A stretch of 64,000 bases of DNA from an uncultured Verrucomicrobiae bacterium (GTDB lineage: Bacteria > Chlamydiota > Chlamydiia > Chlamydiales > Rhabdochlamydiaceae), in assembly GCA_963806855.1 (NCBI GenBank), contig CAWDYW010000001.1, positions 320,001-384,000 on the forward strand, written 5' to 3'. Position 1 is the stretch's first letter. Every line of letters starts with the position of its first letter. Below, piece by piece: positions 31,357 through 42,405 of this stretch. The position numbers were made by a program, and so were the translations under genes. A model generated the notes under the pieces. It saw nothing but the letters and a program-made list of their open reading frames with translations, was not told the origin of the DNA and searched no databases.

Positions 31357-31911
31357 ATGAGCGTCGTCAATGACACCAAACACAAAATGAAAGAGTCTGT
31401 CGAGCACTTTAAGAAAGAGCTCAGCCACCTACGCACCGGTCGAGCCAACCCTGCGATGTTTGACTCGGTCCTCATCGAAGTCTACGGCACCACCATGAGG
31501 CTGCGCGAACTGGCTAACGTCAACACGCCAGAGCCGCGACAAATCGTCATCAACCCCTTTGATCCACAGACCGTAGGCCCGATCGCCAAGAGCATCGAGA
31601 AAGCCAACCTCAACGTCAACCCCATCGTCGACGGGACCTCGATCCGAATCAACATCCCTCCTCTGGATGAGAGCATGCGAAAAGAGATCGTCAAGCAAGG
31701 GAAGAAAAAGGCCGAAGACGCAAAAATCGTCATCCGAGAGATCCGCCGAAAAGGACAATGACCATGGTCCGCAAGCAAAAAGCCGAAGGCGATCATCGCC
31801 GAAGACGAACAGAAAAAAGCAGAAAAAAGCATCCAAGAACTGACCGACGACTACTGCAAACAGATCGACGACCTCTTCGCTGCAAAAGAAAAAGAGATCA
31901 TGACGGTTTAG
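31357..31911 (+). CDS. frr: Ribosome recycling factor (indels near 31755-31795)
   Basis: LRTGRANP, IRINIPPL; C-terminus KEKEIMTV* recovered after apparent single-base insertions. Confidence 0.95.
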
Positions 31912-31962
31912 GCCTTGCTGAAAAAGCGGGGTGGTCTAGCATATACCATTTATTGAATTCCT

Positions 31963-32036
31963 GGCCCCATCGTCTAGTCGGCCTAGGACATCAGATTTTC
32001 ATTCTGATAACAGGGGTTCGAATCCCCTTGGGGTCA
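31963..32036 (+). tRNA. tRNA-Glu(TTC)
   Basis: GGCCCCA/TGGGGTC acceptor; TCAGA-TTTTCAT-TCTGA anticodon arm. Confidence 0.95.
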
Positions 32037-32045
32037 ATACTTTTC

Positions 32046-32118
32046 GAGACTTTAGCTCAGTCGGTAGAGCATCTCACTTTTAATGAGGGGGTCGATGGTT
32101 CGAGTCCATCAAGTCTCA
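32046..32118 (+). tRNA. tRNA-Lys(TTT)
   Basis: GAGACTT/AAGTCTC acceptor; CTTTTAA loop. Confidence 0.96.
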
Positions 32119-32128
32119 AATTTCTATC
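32073..32128 (+). repeat. attL (3' half of tRNA-Lys plus 10 bp)
   Basis: 55/56 identical to 42406-42461. Confidence 0.95.
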
Positions 32129-32200
32129 TAGTTCATTCCATTGCACATCCGCTTTAATCAGCTTGACTCAAATAATATTTGAGTTCATGATTTTGGCCAA

Positions 32201-32220
32201 ATGGTGCAAGAATGGTGCAA
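32201..32220 (+). promoter_or_regulatory. Putative integrase arm-type sites
   Basis: ATGGTGCAA x2 at 11-bp period; the same pair occurs at 42270/42281. Confidence 0.7.
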
Positions 32221-32284
32221 CGAAGAATAAACTTAACCAGCACTTCATCCCATCGCTCAACCCTTCAAACTAAAGGTTAGAGCT

Positions 32285-33358
32285 ATGGCATCGATCTACA
32301 AAAGAAAATCTAAAGACGGTAAATCATTTGTCTGGCGTGCTGTCGTTCGCATCAAAGGTTATCCCACCACTTGTAATACATTTGAACGCAAACAAGCAGC
32401 TGAGGACTGGGCTAAAGATACTGAGCAGCGTATCAAGCTCGGTCAATATAATTTTGAAGCACACAATACTTCCCGCACCTATGCTGCCTTACTTGCTCGA
32501 CTCTCACTCGATGGGGCATTTCAACACCATCGCTCTCTTAAAAACACTCAAGCCCAGTATGACTATTGGAATAAACGTCTAGGTGCTTACGCACTCGTTC
32601 ACATCTCGCTCGAGCTCGTCTCCAAAGAGCGTCAGCTCTTCGCCAATACTCCAACACATAAGGGTTCTAAACCTTCTCCGTCGACCGTAAATCGCTATAT
32701 GGCGACTCTTGCCTCAACGCTAAGCTATGCCGTTAAGCAACTCCGTTGGCTTCCCAAAAACCCATGTACAAACCTCCTCAAGCTTAAAGAAGATCCAGGG
32801 CGTGATCGTATTCTTGAAGACGCCGAGATTGCCCGCCTCCTTGCCGCCTGTAGACAAAGCAAATCGACCTATCTCTACACGATCGTCCTATTTGCCCTCA
32901 CTACTGGCGCCAGGCGCGGGGAGATCCTCGGCCTTGAGTGGCGTAACGTCGATTTTGACAATCACCTTGCGCACCTCAAAGAGACCAAGAACGGCCGCCC
33001 CCGCAGTATTGCCCTTGCAGATCCATTGATCGTTGAACTGAGGGGCTTATATGCAGTCCGCCATCCGCAAAAGCCCTTGGTTTTCGCCAGTAAGACCCCT
33101 TTTGGACGCATCGATTTCAAGAAGGCATGGATGGAGGCACTGAAACGCGCCGGCATCATCGATTATCATTTCCATGATCTCAGGCACCAATTCTGTACTT
33201 TTGCAGCTGGAATGGGAGCTTCTAACTTGGAGCTCGCGACTGCAACCGGGCATCTCACTTTGGCCATGTTGCAGAGGTATACCCACATGGATGCTGAAGT
33301 GACCAAGAAATATAGTAAACACATCTCTGAACGAATCCTTCAAGGAGATTCTGTATGA
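32285..33358 (+). CDS. Tyrosine recombinase/integrase
   Basis: TGARRGE, ETKNG, HDLRH, TGH, QRYTH: full R-K-H-R-H-Y set; arm-binding N-terminus. Confidence 0.96.
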   Translation: MASIYKRKSKDGKSFVWRAVVRIKGYPTTCNTFERKQAAEDWAKDTEQRIKLGQYNFEAHNTSRTYAALLARLSLDGAFQHHRSLKNTQAQYDYWNKRLGAYALVHISLELVSKERQLFANTPTHKGSKPSPSTVNRYMATLASTLSYAVKQLRWLPKNPCTNLLKLKEDPGRDRILEDAEIARLLAACRQSKSTYLYTIVLFALTTGARRGEILGLEWRNVDFDNHLAHLKETKNGRPRSIALADPLIVELRGLYAVRHPQKPLVFASKTPFGRIDFKKAWMEALKRAGIIDYHFHDLRHQFCTFAAGMGASNLELATATGHLTLAMLQRYTHMDAEVTKKYSKHISERILQGDSV

Positions 33359-34446
33359 TCAAAAAAGATATATCAACCCTCTCGCAGTTACCCTCAACTG
33401 CACCTACTCTTCCTGAGGGACTTCTTGAAGATCTTCGGCACATGATTGACCAGACCCGTAGGTCCATTGCCTCCACAGTGAATTCAAAGCTGACATTGCT
33501 TTACTGGCAAGTGGGAGCCAGAATTCGATCTGAAGTTCTTAAATATGAACGAGCTGAGTATGGTCATGCAATTGTTTCGACGCTGTCGAACAAATTGACG
33601 TTAGACTACGGTAATGGGTTTAGGGAGCAGAGCTTGCGCAAGATGATACGATTTGCAGAAAGATTCCCCGAGGAGCAGGTCCTTCTTTCTCTATTGCGAC
33701 ACCTGAGCTGGAGTCATTTTATTGAGTTGACCCCACTTAAAGACCCTCTGATGCGCGAATTTTACGCAGAGATGTGCCGGATCGAGCGATGGAACGTCCG
33801 CACCCTGCGCAAAAAGATCGATTCCATGCTCTATGAGAGAACCGCGCTTTCAAAACGACCTGAATTGGTCGCACGTGCTGAATTAGATGCGCTTCGTCAG
33901 GAGGATCTCCTGACGCCGGATCTCGTATTCCGTGATCCCTATGTCCTCGAGTTCCTTAAACTTAATGACCGCTACTTTGAAAAAGACGTTGAGGACGCCA
34001 TCATGCGGGAGCTGGAGCAATTCCTGTTGGAGCTTGGTGTGGGCTTCTGCTTTGTCGCCCGTCAAAAGTGCATCACCGTAGACGAAGAAGATTTCCATCT
34101 CGACCTTCTTTTCTTCCACAGGGGTCTGAAGCGACTAGTGGCCATCGAGTTGAAACTTGGCGATTTCAAACCCGAGCATAAGGGACAGATGGAACTCTAC
34201 CTGCGCTGGCTTGACAAGTATGAGCGTAGATTCGGTGAAGAATCTCCAATAGGACTCATCCTTTGCACTGGGAAAAAACAGGAACGGATCGAACTATTGG
34301 AACTGGGTCAGTCTGGTATACACGTTGCTGAATATCTCACCGCTTTGCCGTCAAAAGAGCTCCTAAGTGAAAAGCTCCATAAGGCTATCGAGCATGCACG
34401 TCAACGGCTAGAAACCCAGTCTGAGGGGGAGGAGCAAGAAGTTTGA
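33355..34446 (+). CDS. YhcG/DUF1016 PD-(D/E)XK nuclease-domain protein
   Basis: LYWQVG, LSWSH, DPYVLEFL, FLLELG, DLLFFHR, IELK, GQMELY. Confidence 0.92.
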   Translation: MIKKDISTLSQLPSTAPTLPEGLLEDLRHMIDQTRRSIASTVNSKLTLLYWQVGARIRSEVLKYERAEYGHAIVSTLSNKLTLDYGNGFREQSLRKMIRFAERFPEEQVLLSLLRHLSWSHFIELTPLKDPLMREFYAEMCRIERWNVRTLRKKIDSMLYERTALSKRPELVARAELDALRQEDLLTPDLVFRDPYVLEFLKLNDRYFEKDVEDAIMRELEQFLLELGVGFCFVARQKCITVDEEDFHLDLLFFHRGLKRLVAIELKLGDFKPEHKGQMELYLRWLDKYERRFGEESPIGLILCTGKKQERIELLELGQSGIHVAEYLTALPSKELLSEKLHKAIEHARQRLETQSEGEEQEV

Positions 34447-35585
34447 AGCATGATTTAGAACCGGCAAAAACTGTTCTTCGATCATTTTTAGATGAGATTG
34501 AGTCGGTAAAGAAGATCCGTCGCAGTATTTCCGCACCAGCTATGGCAACTGCTTTTTCAGTAGAAGATCGAATGCCAATATTCGACGCCACCGAATTTAT
34601 TCCTACTTCCGATTCCTATTGGGAAAATGAAGATGCATACACTTGGCTTTATGCAGAAGCCCGCTATTGTCGTTCTCTTATGCACAGGATGAAAGTCAAT
34701 GTGGTACCAGAATACTATCGAGAACATGCATTGCCTATCTATTTGCAATGGCGAGATGAAGAAAAAGAAGTATTTCATCGAGGATGCATTATTCCCTCTC
34801 CATCTGGGAACATTAATCTGGCTAATTACCTTCAACAGCTTGCTCTAATGGCGTCAGAGGAAAATGAACATCGCGCTGTTTGGATAAAATCACTTCGCTG
34901 TTTTCTTAAATTTTTGAGAGAAGATACTGATTTGGGTCAACAGGGCGCTCTAGAAGTCATATTTCCATACAAAATGGAATTTCGTAAGGGATATTCAATT
35001 CAAGGCAAAGGGGAAAAAATCGAAGAAGTTGAGCGGCGCTACATTCTCAGGAGAGTCGACGCTGCCGCATCCCCTATTGATATACTAGCTGCATCAGAAA
35101 TTACTCAGAATTTAGCCAAGATTTTTCTTGAAGGACGCCCAAATTCTCAGCATTCAGCTGCGGAGGCGCTGGGCTTTGCTTGGTTGTGCCATGCGGTTGG
35201 CTCCAGTCGTCTGATAACGAGAGAAAAAATCATCTTTTCCACTCCATTGGCCGCGCTTAAACCCCCCAATACTAAAATATCTGAAGATCCTTCCCAATTA
35301 CAATACCATATTGGGATCAGAAGTCTTTTTGGAATCATCGAAGTCCCGATTTCTAAAATTCTTTACGAATTTTTAATTGCTCTTCCTCGTGATTCTAAAA
35401 GCGACCTTATTTTCACCTTGCCTTGGAGAACTTTGCTCCGAACTTTTCATGAAAAAGGAGTAAAGTTTTCGAAGCGTGCAAGTAATCTCGGTGAGATCTC
35501 ATTTCTCACCCTCATGAGTCAGCCACATGAAGCAATCGGACACCGGCCTTTTCTGAAGCAAAAATCCTTCAAATCCAAACGATAG
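34443..35585 (+). CDS. Hypothetical protein, possibly a degenerate tyrosine-recombinase fold
   Basis: 380-aa ORF coupled to YhcG; SLRCFLKFL and VPIS..L..LIF pattern, no HxxR. Confidence 0.55.
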   Translation: MKHDLEPAKTVLRSFLDEIESVKKIRRSISAPAMATAFSVEDRMPIFDATEFIPTSDSYWENEDAYTWLYAEARYCRSLMHRMKVNVVPEYYREHALPIYLQWRDEEKEVFHRGCIIPSPSGNINLANYLQQLALMASEENEHRAVWIKSLRCFLKFLREDTDLGQQGALEVIFPYKMEFRKGYSIQGKGEKIEEVERRYILRRVDAAASPIDILAASEITQNLAKIFLEGRPNSQHSAAEALGFAWLCHAVGSSRLITREKIIFSTPLAALKPPNTKISEDPSQLQYHIGIRSLFGIIEVPISKILYEFLIALPRDSKSDLIFTLPWRTLLRTFHEKGVKFSKRASNLGEISFLTLMSQPHEAIGHRPFLKQKSFKSKR

Positions 35586-35678
35586 TAGAAACTGTCACCC
35601 ACCAAGCAATCTGGATAATCAGCAGCTTCCATCATAATTGGGCTCATATAAACAAAACCCAATTTTAACGGAGGTTAC

Positions 35679-35936
35679 ATGGGTAATTACGAGTACATCT
35701 CTCCAAAACAAATTACAACTTGCGGAAGGTATCCCTTTTCATTAGCGCAGGTTCGCCACTTTTTATTGTTTAGACATCGAAATGGCTTATCTTCAGCGGT
35801 TCGCAAAATTGGCAAGCGAATCCTTTTGAGAACTGATCTATGGGAATCGTGGTTGGAAAATCAAATTTCTAAAAAGGAAAACATAAATGAAAACCATACA
35901 AGAACTATTGCCACTCGTCCTAGGGAAAATAACTGA
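35679..35936 (+). CDS. Small excisionase/AlpA-like DNA-binding protein
   Basis: 85 aa, GGAGG RBS, VRKIGKRILL wing; position upstream of the replication gene. Confidence 0.6.
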   Translation: MGNYEYISPKQITTCGRYPFSLAQVRHFLLFRHRNGLSSAVRKIGKRILLRTDLWESWLENQISKKENINENHTRTIATRPRENN

Positions 35937-35986
35937 ACGTTATTTGAAATACAAAAACCCTCGGACCAGCGACGAACCGAGGGATA

Positions 35987-38247
35987 TTGAACGAATCAAA
36001 GATAAGAGACACCATTATGATAGTAAATATTTCTCAAAAAGGCAAAGAAGAAAAAACCGATCTACTCGATCAAAGCCTTGGGCAAGAATCAATTAATGAT
36101 CCAAATGCATTCCTCATTCGACCTGCAAAAGGCGCGTGTAAGGGAATAAAAGCCATTAAGAGCCATTTAAAAGCGGAAGGGTGTCATTGGCATTCTGCCA
36201 CAAGTGCATGGAGTTGCCCGATTTCTTCCAAAGAAAAAATATGCGGGCTTTTAAAAACTACAAATTTAACGATTGAGATTACTCCTTTTTCTGATCAATA
36301 TTTTGAAAAATCTGAAAATCAGAAAGAAGCGGAGGATATTTGGGCTCAAATTGATCTTTTAGAGAAAGAGCATCAAAGGGAAGCAACTCAGCTGATCATA
36401 GATAATGAAGTTTTGGAAAAAAGAAGCGAAGCCCGGCCCTTAAATGAAGATGACCACGGACTGTTGGGGAAAAGAGCTCTGCTGAGGGAGCGGGAACAAA
36501 AACAAATAGAACTTGCTTCTGAAATCAAGGAGTTAAGAAATAGCGCCAAGTTGATGGAAGAAAGCAAAACGGAAGAAATCCCGCTACCTTTACATATTTT
36601 AGGGTATAATGCGCAACATCAGATTTTGATCTGGCAAAATGGGCGTCTTTTAGCCCTGTCTACAACGTATCTCAACAAAAATGAGCTACGTCTTTTAGTT
36701 GGAGGACAGTCAAAATGGTTCCAGATGCCCGATGGGGATCAACTATTGAAAAATAGGCTTATCGATGAAGCTCGAGAAAGAGGATTTATCGACGATGAAG
36801 AGCCTCTTAAAGCAGGAGTTTGGAATTTAAAAGGGAAATGGATCGTAATCTCCGGTAAGCGAGCAGCTACAATAGAGAACGGAGAAATAAGATATCTCAA
36901 TGAGCCCATTTTTGAAGGGAGGCTCATTGAAACCAACGTTGCTTCTTGGATTGACTGGTCTGTTTTTAGAGGGATCATTGAAACCGGACCAGGAGAGGCT
37001 AAAAAATATCTTTAACTGCCTTTATGCAAAAGTGAAGCTATGGAATTGGAATGAGCCCTCAATGGGCGCCTATGCCACAGCTTTTATAATGCTTTCGATT
37101 GTTCAGCAGGCGATGAAATGGCGTCCCTGGATTTATCTTACAGGGGCAAAGTCGACTGGAAAATCGACCTTTTTTGAATTTCTTCTGCAAACTATTTTTG
37201 GTGTTTTAGTGGAGCGTCTTGATAAGAGCACAGCCCATGCCACTGCACAAACAATTGGGAATAGCGGGCGAATTCCTGTCTTTGATGAGTTCGAAAAACA
37301 TCGTCATATTCCTGAAATTCTTGAATTAGCAAAACTTTTTAATAAGGGTGGGCAAAAAAGTAGTGGAACCGGGTCAGAGAAAGCTCATCGCTTTCTACTG
37401 CATCATATGCCTTGGTTTGGATCAATTTATCTTCCCAAACGCTTCATGCAGGATGCTGCTCAAGAATCCAGAACAATAAAATTGGAACTCAAAAAACTTA
37501 AGGAAGAAACCCCGTTGTTGGAGAAATTTGATTCAGAGGAAGCTCCAAAGCTCGCTGCTGAAATTGTAGCAGCCCTAATCTCTTCATGGGAGAAAATTGA
37601 GATGAAGGCACAAAAAATTAACGCGGATCGAAATTCGTTGATTCAAGAGCTGCCGGGAATTGAAATTCGAACCATCGAAAATTTTATGTATGCTTCTTCT
37701 CTTTTGATATTGGCCTGTCCTGAGTTGGCCGGCCCAATAATTCCTCATTGGGCGGTAACGCAATCAGAAGATGATGGTGACAAATTATTGGATACCATTT
37801 TAGCTAGCATCGTCAAGATAAGAGGGGAAACATATTTGATAAGCGAGCTTCTACAACTTTCTAAAAGAAGTCCTAGCGAGGAATATTCAAAAGAATTGGA
37901 TAGATATGGACTTCGATTCACAACTCATAAATCCAAACATTTTTTGGCAATACGATGTGAAAATATCACTCGTCATCTCCTGAAGGATACTGATGATGCC
38001 TCGTTGGACATCAAAGGCCCTTTATTAAGAATAGAAGGAACAATGAATAGCGGAGCTAGTGAAAATGGCTGGAAGTCCTAAGCGATGCATTCTTATTCCT
38101 GTCGAGCAAATAGGAATTGACTTAGACCAAGCTTATGAATGTGCCCCCTGGATTTTATCACCGTTATACAATAGTTACCGGCGTTACCTAGTTAGGATGC
38201 TGCTGTTATCTCTTAAGATTCTAATGAACAAAGTATTATGTGTATGA
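35987..38247 (+). CDS. Replication protein with C-terminal P-loop helicase/ATPase (split by frameshifts near 37010 and 38060)
   Basis: Overlapping ORFs; Walker A GAKSTGKST, Walker B VFDEFE. Confidence 0.7.
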
Positions 38248-38424
38248 GTAACAGAGTAACGCGAATTGCTATTGGGGATTCCAATCAGGTCCAAAAATAG
38301 TGCAAATGAGGATTCCAGAGGATCCTCAAATATTTTTTGCCCCCTTTGGAAGCGATGTTACTTGTTACTGATTTGTCTAACTCGTTAAAATTAAAATTAT
38401 TAATTGGTAACATTCTATTGTTAC
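38174..38424. promoter_or_regulatory. Putative replication origin with GTAAC/GTTAC iterons
   Basis: Eight pentamers in pairs at 38174, 38183, 38248, 38256, 38357, 38364, 38407, 38420, at the end of the helicase gene. Confidence 0.6.
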
Positions 38425-38450
38425 CACAAGGCTTGTTTGAGGTGTAGAAT

Positions 38451-38951
38451 ATGGCTAAGAAGAAGAATTTAGAAGATGTTTATTATCCAGTCCCACAAGA
38501 CTTCAACCCAATGAGATCGGAGAGGCTGCCGAATAATAAAGACGTTGTCAGAAGGATCATTCAAGGAGCAGTGAAGGTGGCCTATCGTCTAAAAAACCCT
38601 ACACAATGGGACTCTCTTCAGAACCCAATCAAACCAAAAGCAGTGGCAACAAATGAACAGATGGAAATGATCATACATCTAATAGAGTCATTGCAGCCAA
38701 GCGATGCAATCGAAGCCGCCCTTGCAAGCCAGTTTGCTATAACATATATTCGCGGGATCGAGGTTGCGGAGAGTTACAGCATCCCAATAGATTTATTTGA
38801 GTTCGGCCATAAAGTTCTGGAGACGATTCAGAAATATCGTAGTAAAGGCGCTCAGCAAATCAGTGTTCAATACAATGTAAACCAGGGGCAGGCGGTTAAT
38901 ATCAAGAATATTAAAAAAGATGAACAGCCAGTTATTCAGGATGGAGGGTGA
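38451..38951 (+). CDS. Hypothetical protein of the family usually adjacent to HGGxSTG genes
   Basis: LQPSDAIEAALASQ ... KYRSKGAQQISVQYNVNQGQ. Confidence 0.65.
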   Translation: MAKKKNLEDVYYPVPQDFNPMRSERLPNNKDVVRRIIQGAVKVAYRLKNPTQWDSLQNPIKPKAVATNEQMEMIIHLIESLQPSDAIEAALASQFAITYIRGIEVAESYSIPIDLFEFGHKVLETIQKYRSKGAQQISVQYNVNQGQAVNIKNIKKDEQPVIQDGG

Positions 38952-39162
38952 ATATGAAAACGGAGTATAGAGCGCATAGACTTCTATGACCATGATAAAC
39001 TAAAGAAACTACATGAGAGACGGGCTATGAAATGGCTGAGGCTATTTTTAAAAGCGAAAAAAGGCGACCCAAAGGCCAAAGAGGATATCAAAAAGCATGA
39101 GGCCGAAGATCGGCTCTTGCGGGCACGGGCAAATGAGACTGGCGATCATTGGAAATGAAGGC

Positions 39163-39641
39163 ATGGCTAAACCTCAAAAAAAACGAGATCCCCCTACTCA
39201 TATCATCGCAGCACATGAAGCTCTTGTTCCTTTCATGCAGGCATTTCACATCGACTCAGAGAAAGTAGCTAAAGAGCTGGTCTCGGCGGCGGCAAAAAAT
39301 ATCTATGGCTCCAGTGATCTGAGAAGGGGGCAGGCTATATCAAATGAAGAACTGGATGGGATAATTTCTCTCATGAATGCCATCAATCCTCAGGACTCGT
39401 TAGAAACTCTGTATGCAGTCCTGAGATTATAGTTTGCCACATGCTGGGGATGCGAAAGACTGCGGAAGTCTATGCGGAGGATCAAAAGCTGGGGCTGAAT
39501 CTATTGCGATTCGGCAATGAAGCAATGCAACAGTTAGAAAAGAAACGAAGTGGCCAAATACAAAATATAACTGTTCATTATAATTATACAGATCATGGCA
39601 ATGCTATGATACAGGTTATGATCGCAGATAAAGGAGATTGA
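39163..39641 (+). CDS. Paralog of 38451-38951 (frameshift near 39420)
   Basis: INPQDSLETLYA ... KKRSGQIQNITVHYNY across two ORFs. Confidence 0.6.
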
Positions 39642-39642
39642 T

Positions 39643-39879
39643 ATGCCTGTCCGTGGGGTAAAGACATGTGGTGCAAAGTGCCGGACCAAAAATGGCGGCC
39701 CTTGCGATCAGCCCGGCATGAAAAATGGAAGATGCAGAATGCACGGCGGGGTCTTTTACAAGCGGGAAAAGCATGGTGGGACGACATTGCGGGCAATAGC
39801 GAAGAGGAGAAGAGAAAGGGCTGTTTTAAGGGAAATGAAGAAGGTTTGCAGAGAAATTTTGAAGGGAGAAATGAACTGA
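39643..39879 (+). CDS. HGGxSTG-domain-like Cys/His protein
   Basis: CGAKCRTKNGGPC..GRCRMHGG; STG not conserved. Confidence 0.75.
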   Translation: MPVRGVKTCGAKCRTKNGGPCDQPGMKNGRCRMHGGVFYKREKHGGTTLRAIAKRRRERAVLREMKKVCREILKGEMN

Positions 39880-39928
39880 GTTTACTCTCAAATGCGCGCG
39901 TGTGACCCTCCCCCCTATTATGGGTGAG

Positions 39929-40414
39929 TTATTCTTTTTTCAATTGCAATAGAAGTTCTCGATAGGATTGAAGACATTCCAAAATATTTGATGAAAGTGG
40001 TTGATCTATCAGTTCGTCAGCGAGTTTGGAAACTTTTTCAAAATATTGTGGAGTTTGAAACTCTCTCTCTTTGGGGATTGCGATTGTATAGAGATGAAGA
40101 CACAATATTTTCAAACGAATTGCAGCCGCTGGCTGCTGTTCTGCTTCTTCAATAAGAGCAAGTTCATGAAAAAGGTCAGCACCAAGAACGCATTTCTCGG
40201 TTTCAAGACGATTAGAAAAATCCTTAAAGTGATCCAGGATCTGATCGGGGTGATAGAGGAGTAATAAATCAATGTTGGTTCTCAGAAGATAGCGTCCTGT
40301 TGTCCGAACCAGCTCTCGTGCTTCTTTGTAGTCCCCCGATTTTCTACGGCGCATGATAGCCAATATCGCCCGAACAAATTGTTCTATAATCCTCATGATA
40401 TAGTCTTTTTGCAT
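39929..40414 (-). CDS. DUF6483-like helical protein
   Basis: MQKDYIMRIIEQF N-terminus. Confidence 0.55.
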   Translation of the reverse strand: MQKDYIMRIIEQFVRAILAIMRRRKSGDYKEARELVRTTGRYLLRTNIDLLLLYHPDQILDHFKDFSNRLETEKCVLGADLFHELALIEEAEQQPAAAIRLKILCLHLYTIAIPKEREFQTPQYFEKVSKLADELIDQPLSSNILECLQSYRELLLQLKKE

Positions 40415-40426
40415 GGGGAGATGCCC

Positions 40427-42065
40427 TTACTCTTTTTGAGTCTTTGGCATAATTTCTGCAACAATCGTGCTGTTGGGAAGAACCATGTGCCCTTGTACAA
40501 TTTTGCCGCTGCCATCAAAGATAAATTGCAATTTTTGACCAGCCATCCCTTTTAGATTAAAAATACCAAAACATTCCGGTATGAGTTTAAATTGGGCTTG
40601 TGGAATAGAAAATAGTAATTGTGAATCGCAAAGCTTAATTGTTATTTCTATTTTTTGTTGGTCGTGTATAGTCTTTCCCTCAGATAGGAGCCTTGAAAGC
40701 GCCTTAAATAATCGAAATCCTTTGTGAGAGCTTTATCAATGGAAGAGGGCGTAGTTGGCTGCGTCTATTCCAATCTGGAGCTGAGAGTTCGTCTGGCCAA
40801 CCTTCAGTAGAATTTGAAAGGACAACGATCCCTTTTTGAGTTTTAGAATTGAAACCCAAAAAGTTTCTAAATCCGCCTGTACCACCATTATGCCAAATAA
40901 TATCAGCGTGATTAGAATGAGAAATCATCCATCCTAAGCCGATACCGTCGACAGGGCCACCTGCGTATTGTTGTTTATGACACTGTTTCTAACAGGTCAG
41001 TTATGGGGGAATTAAGAAGCCCTATATTGGCACTAAGAAAGGAAGTCATGTCTTTTATGTTCGAGCGAAGGGCACCAGCTCCTGCAAGGGTTGGGGATCT
41101 CCCAATGCTCCATCTTTTGTTTTAAGTGATAGCCATTTGGCAATATTCTTCGTCTATATCAGCAGGTAATACGACCCTAGTATTTGCCATCCCCAATTTA
41201 TCGCAGATACGACTACGGACTAGTTCTTCATAACTTTTGACCGGCTCGTTTTCCCAAAATATGGCCTAACAGGCCCAAGCCCACATTGGAGTATTCAAAC
41301 TGTTCTCCAGGGGCCCTTTTTAAATTGTAATGATTCAGAAAATGATAGAGATCCTCTGAGGTGAAGTCTTCATATGGATTCATTGGATTTTTTGGATTAA
41401 AATTGTCTGGTAGGCTGGGGAGCCCAGAATAATGTGTAGCCAAATGACGTAATGTGATCTTTTTCCCATTCAGTTCGGGGATTTTAACACTGGGCAAATA
41501 GGTCTCGACAGGTTCATCTAATACCACTTCTCCATTAGCTACCATATCCATTAAAATCAAGGTTGTGAAAATTTTTGTAATAGAGCCTATTTCAAAAATA
41601 GTATCTTCGGATATCTGACTCATCATCCTCAATTGATTTTTTGCCATATGAGAAAAATTGTATTTTGCCCTGATCAATTAGGCCAACAGCAGCCCCAACG
41701 GCTCCACTATCATCTACATATTCTTGAATTAAAGTCTGTATATCCATATTTGTATCCATATTGTTTCCAACTTTAATTTGGATTTCATTTAAATCTACAT
41801 TTAGATCATCTGATAAATTCAGCTCATGAGCTCGCAACACCAAACTGTGCAGGTCTGATGCCTTAACCTCAGAGGTAATGGCTCTTACTGCCAGTTCATT
41901 TACTCGATTGGGGAGGTTGCAATGAAGGTAGCGTTCTTTACTGTAGTCCACCGCAAGCCTCAGCTCTCCACCATTACGTAATAGTTGAGCGAGCCTTTGA
42001 ATTTGTGGTTTAAATTCTTCTGCCGTCATACTCTTAATTCTACCAAGATTAATCTCGACACTCAT
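40427..42065 (-). pseudogene. Serine hydrolase (class C beta-lactamase/DD-peptidase-like), multiply frameshifted
   Basis: FEIGSITK (SxxK), LATHYSGL, YSN, WHNGGTGG distributed over fragments. Confidence 0.85.
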
Positions 42066-42405
42066 AAAAACCCTTATTTAAAAATGTATTTTGCCACGGC
42101 CAATTGCTTACAACTAATAGACTTGCCATTATGTCAAAATTCGAAAACTACGACAAGATGAAAAAAATTGTTTAAATTTTTTTTAAACAACATGATTTTC
42201 TGATCCGATTTATCAGCCTGAATTTTAGGATTTATGCGTAGTAAATTTTAAAACCCTGAGGATGAAGCTATGGTGCAATGATGGTGCAAGGACCAGTCCA
42301 TTATACCCTCAAAAATCCGCAAAATTCAGTTGCATCCATTCAATCAACGCTTTTATACTCATGCCCATAGCGATTGGATAATGCTGGATAAAGTACGACT
42401 TCCCC

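Noticed and set aside
30200..31800. Programmed frameshifting or pseudogenisation of tsf/pyrH/frr
   Set aside because: The indels are heterogeneous and lack slippery sites; sequencing error is more likely.
31758..32273. 171-aa ORF
   Set aside because: It spans the frr tail and two tRNAs.
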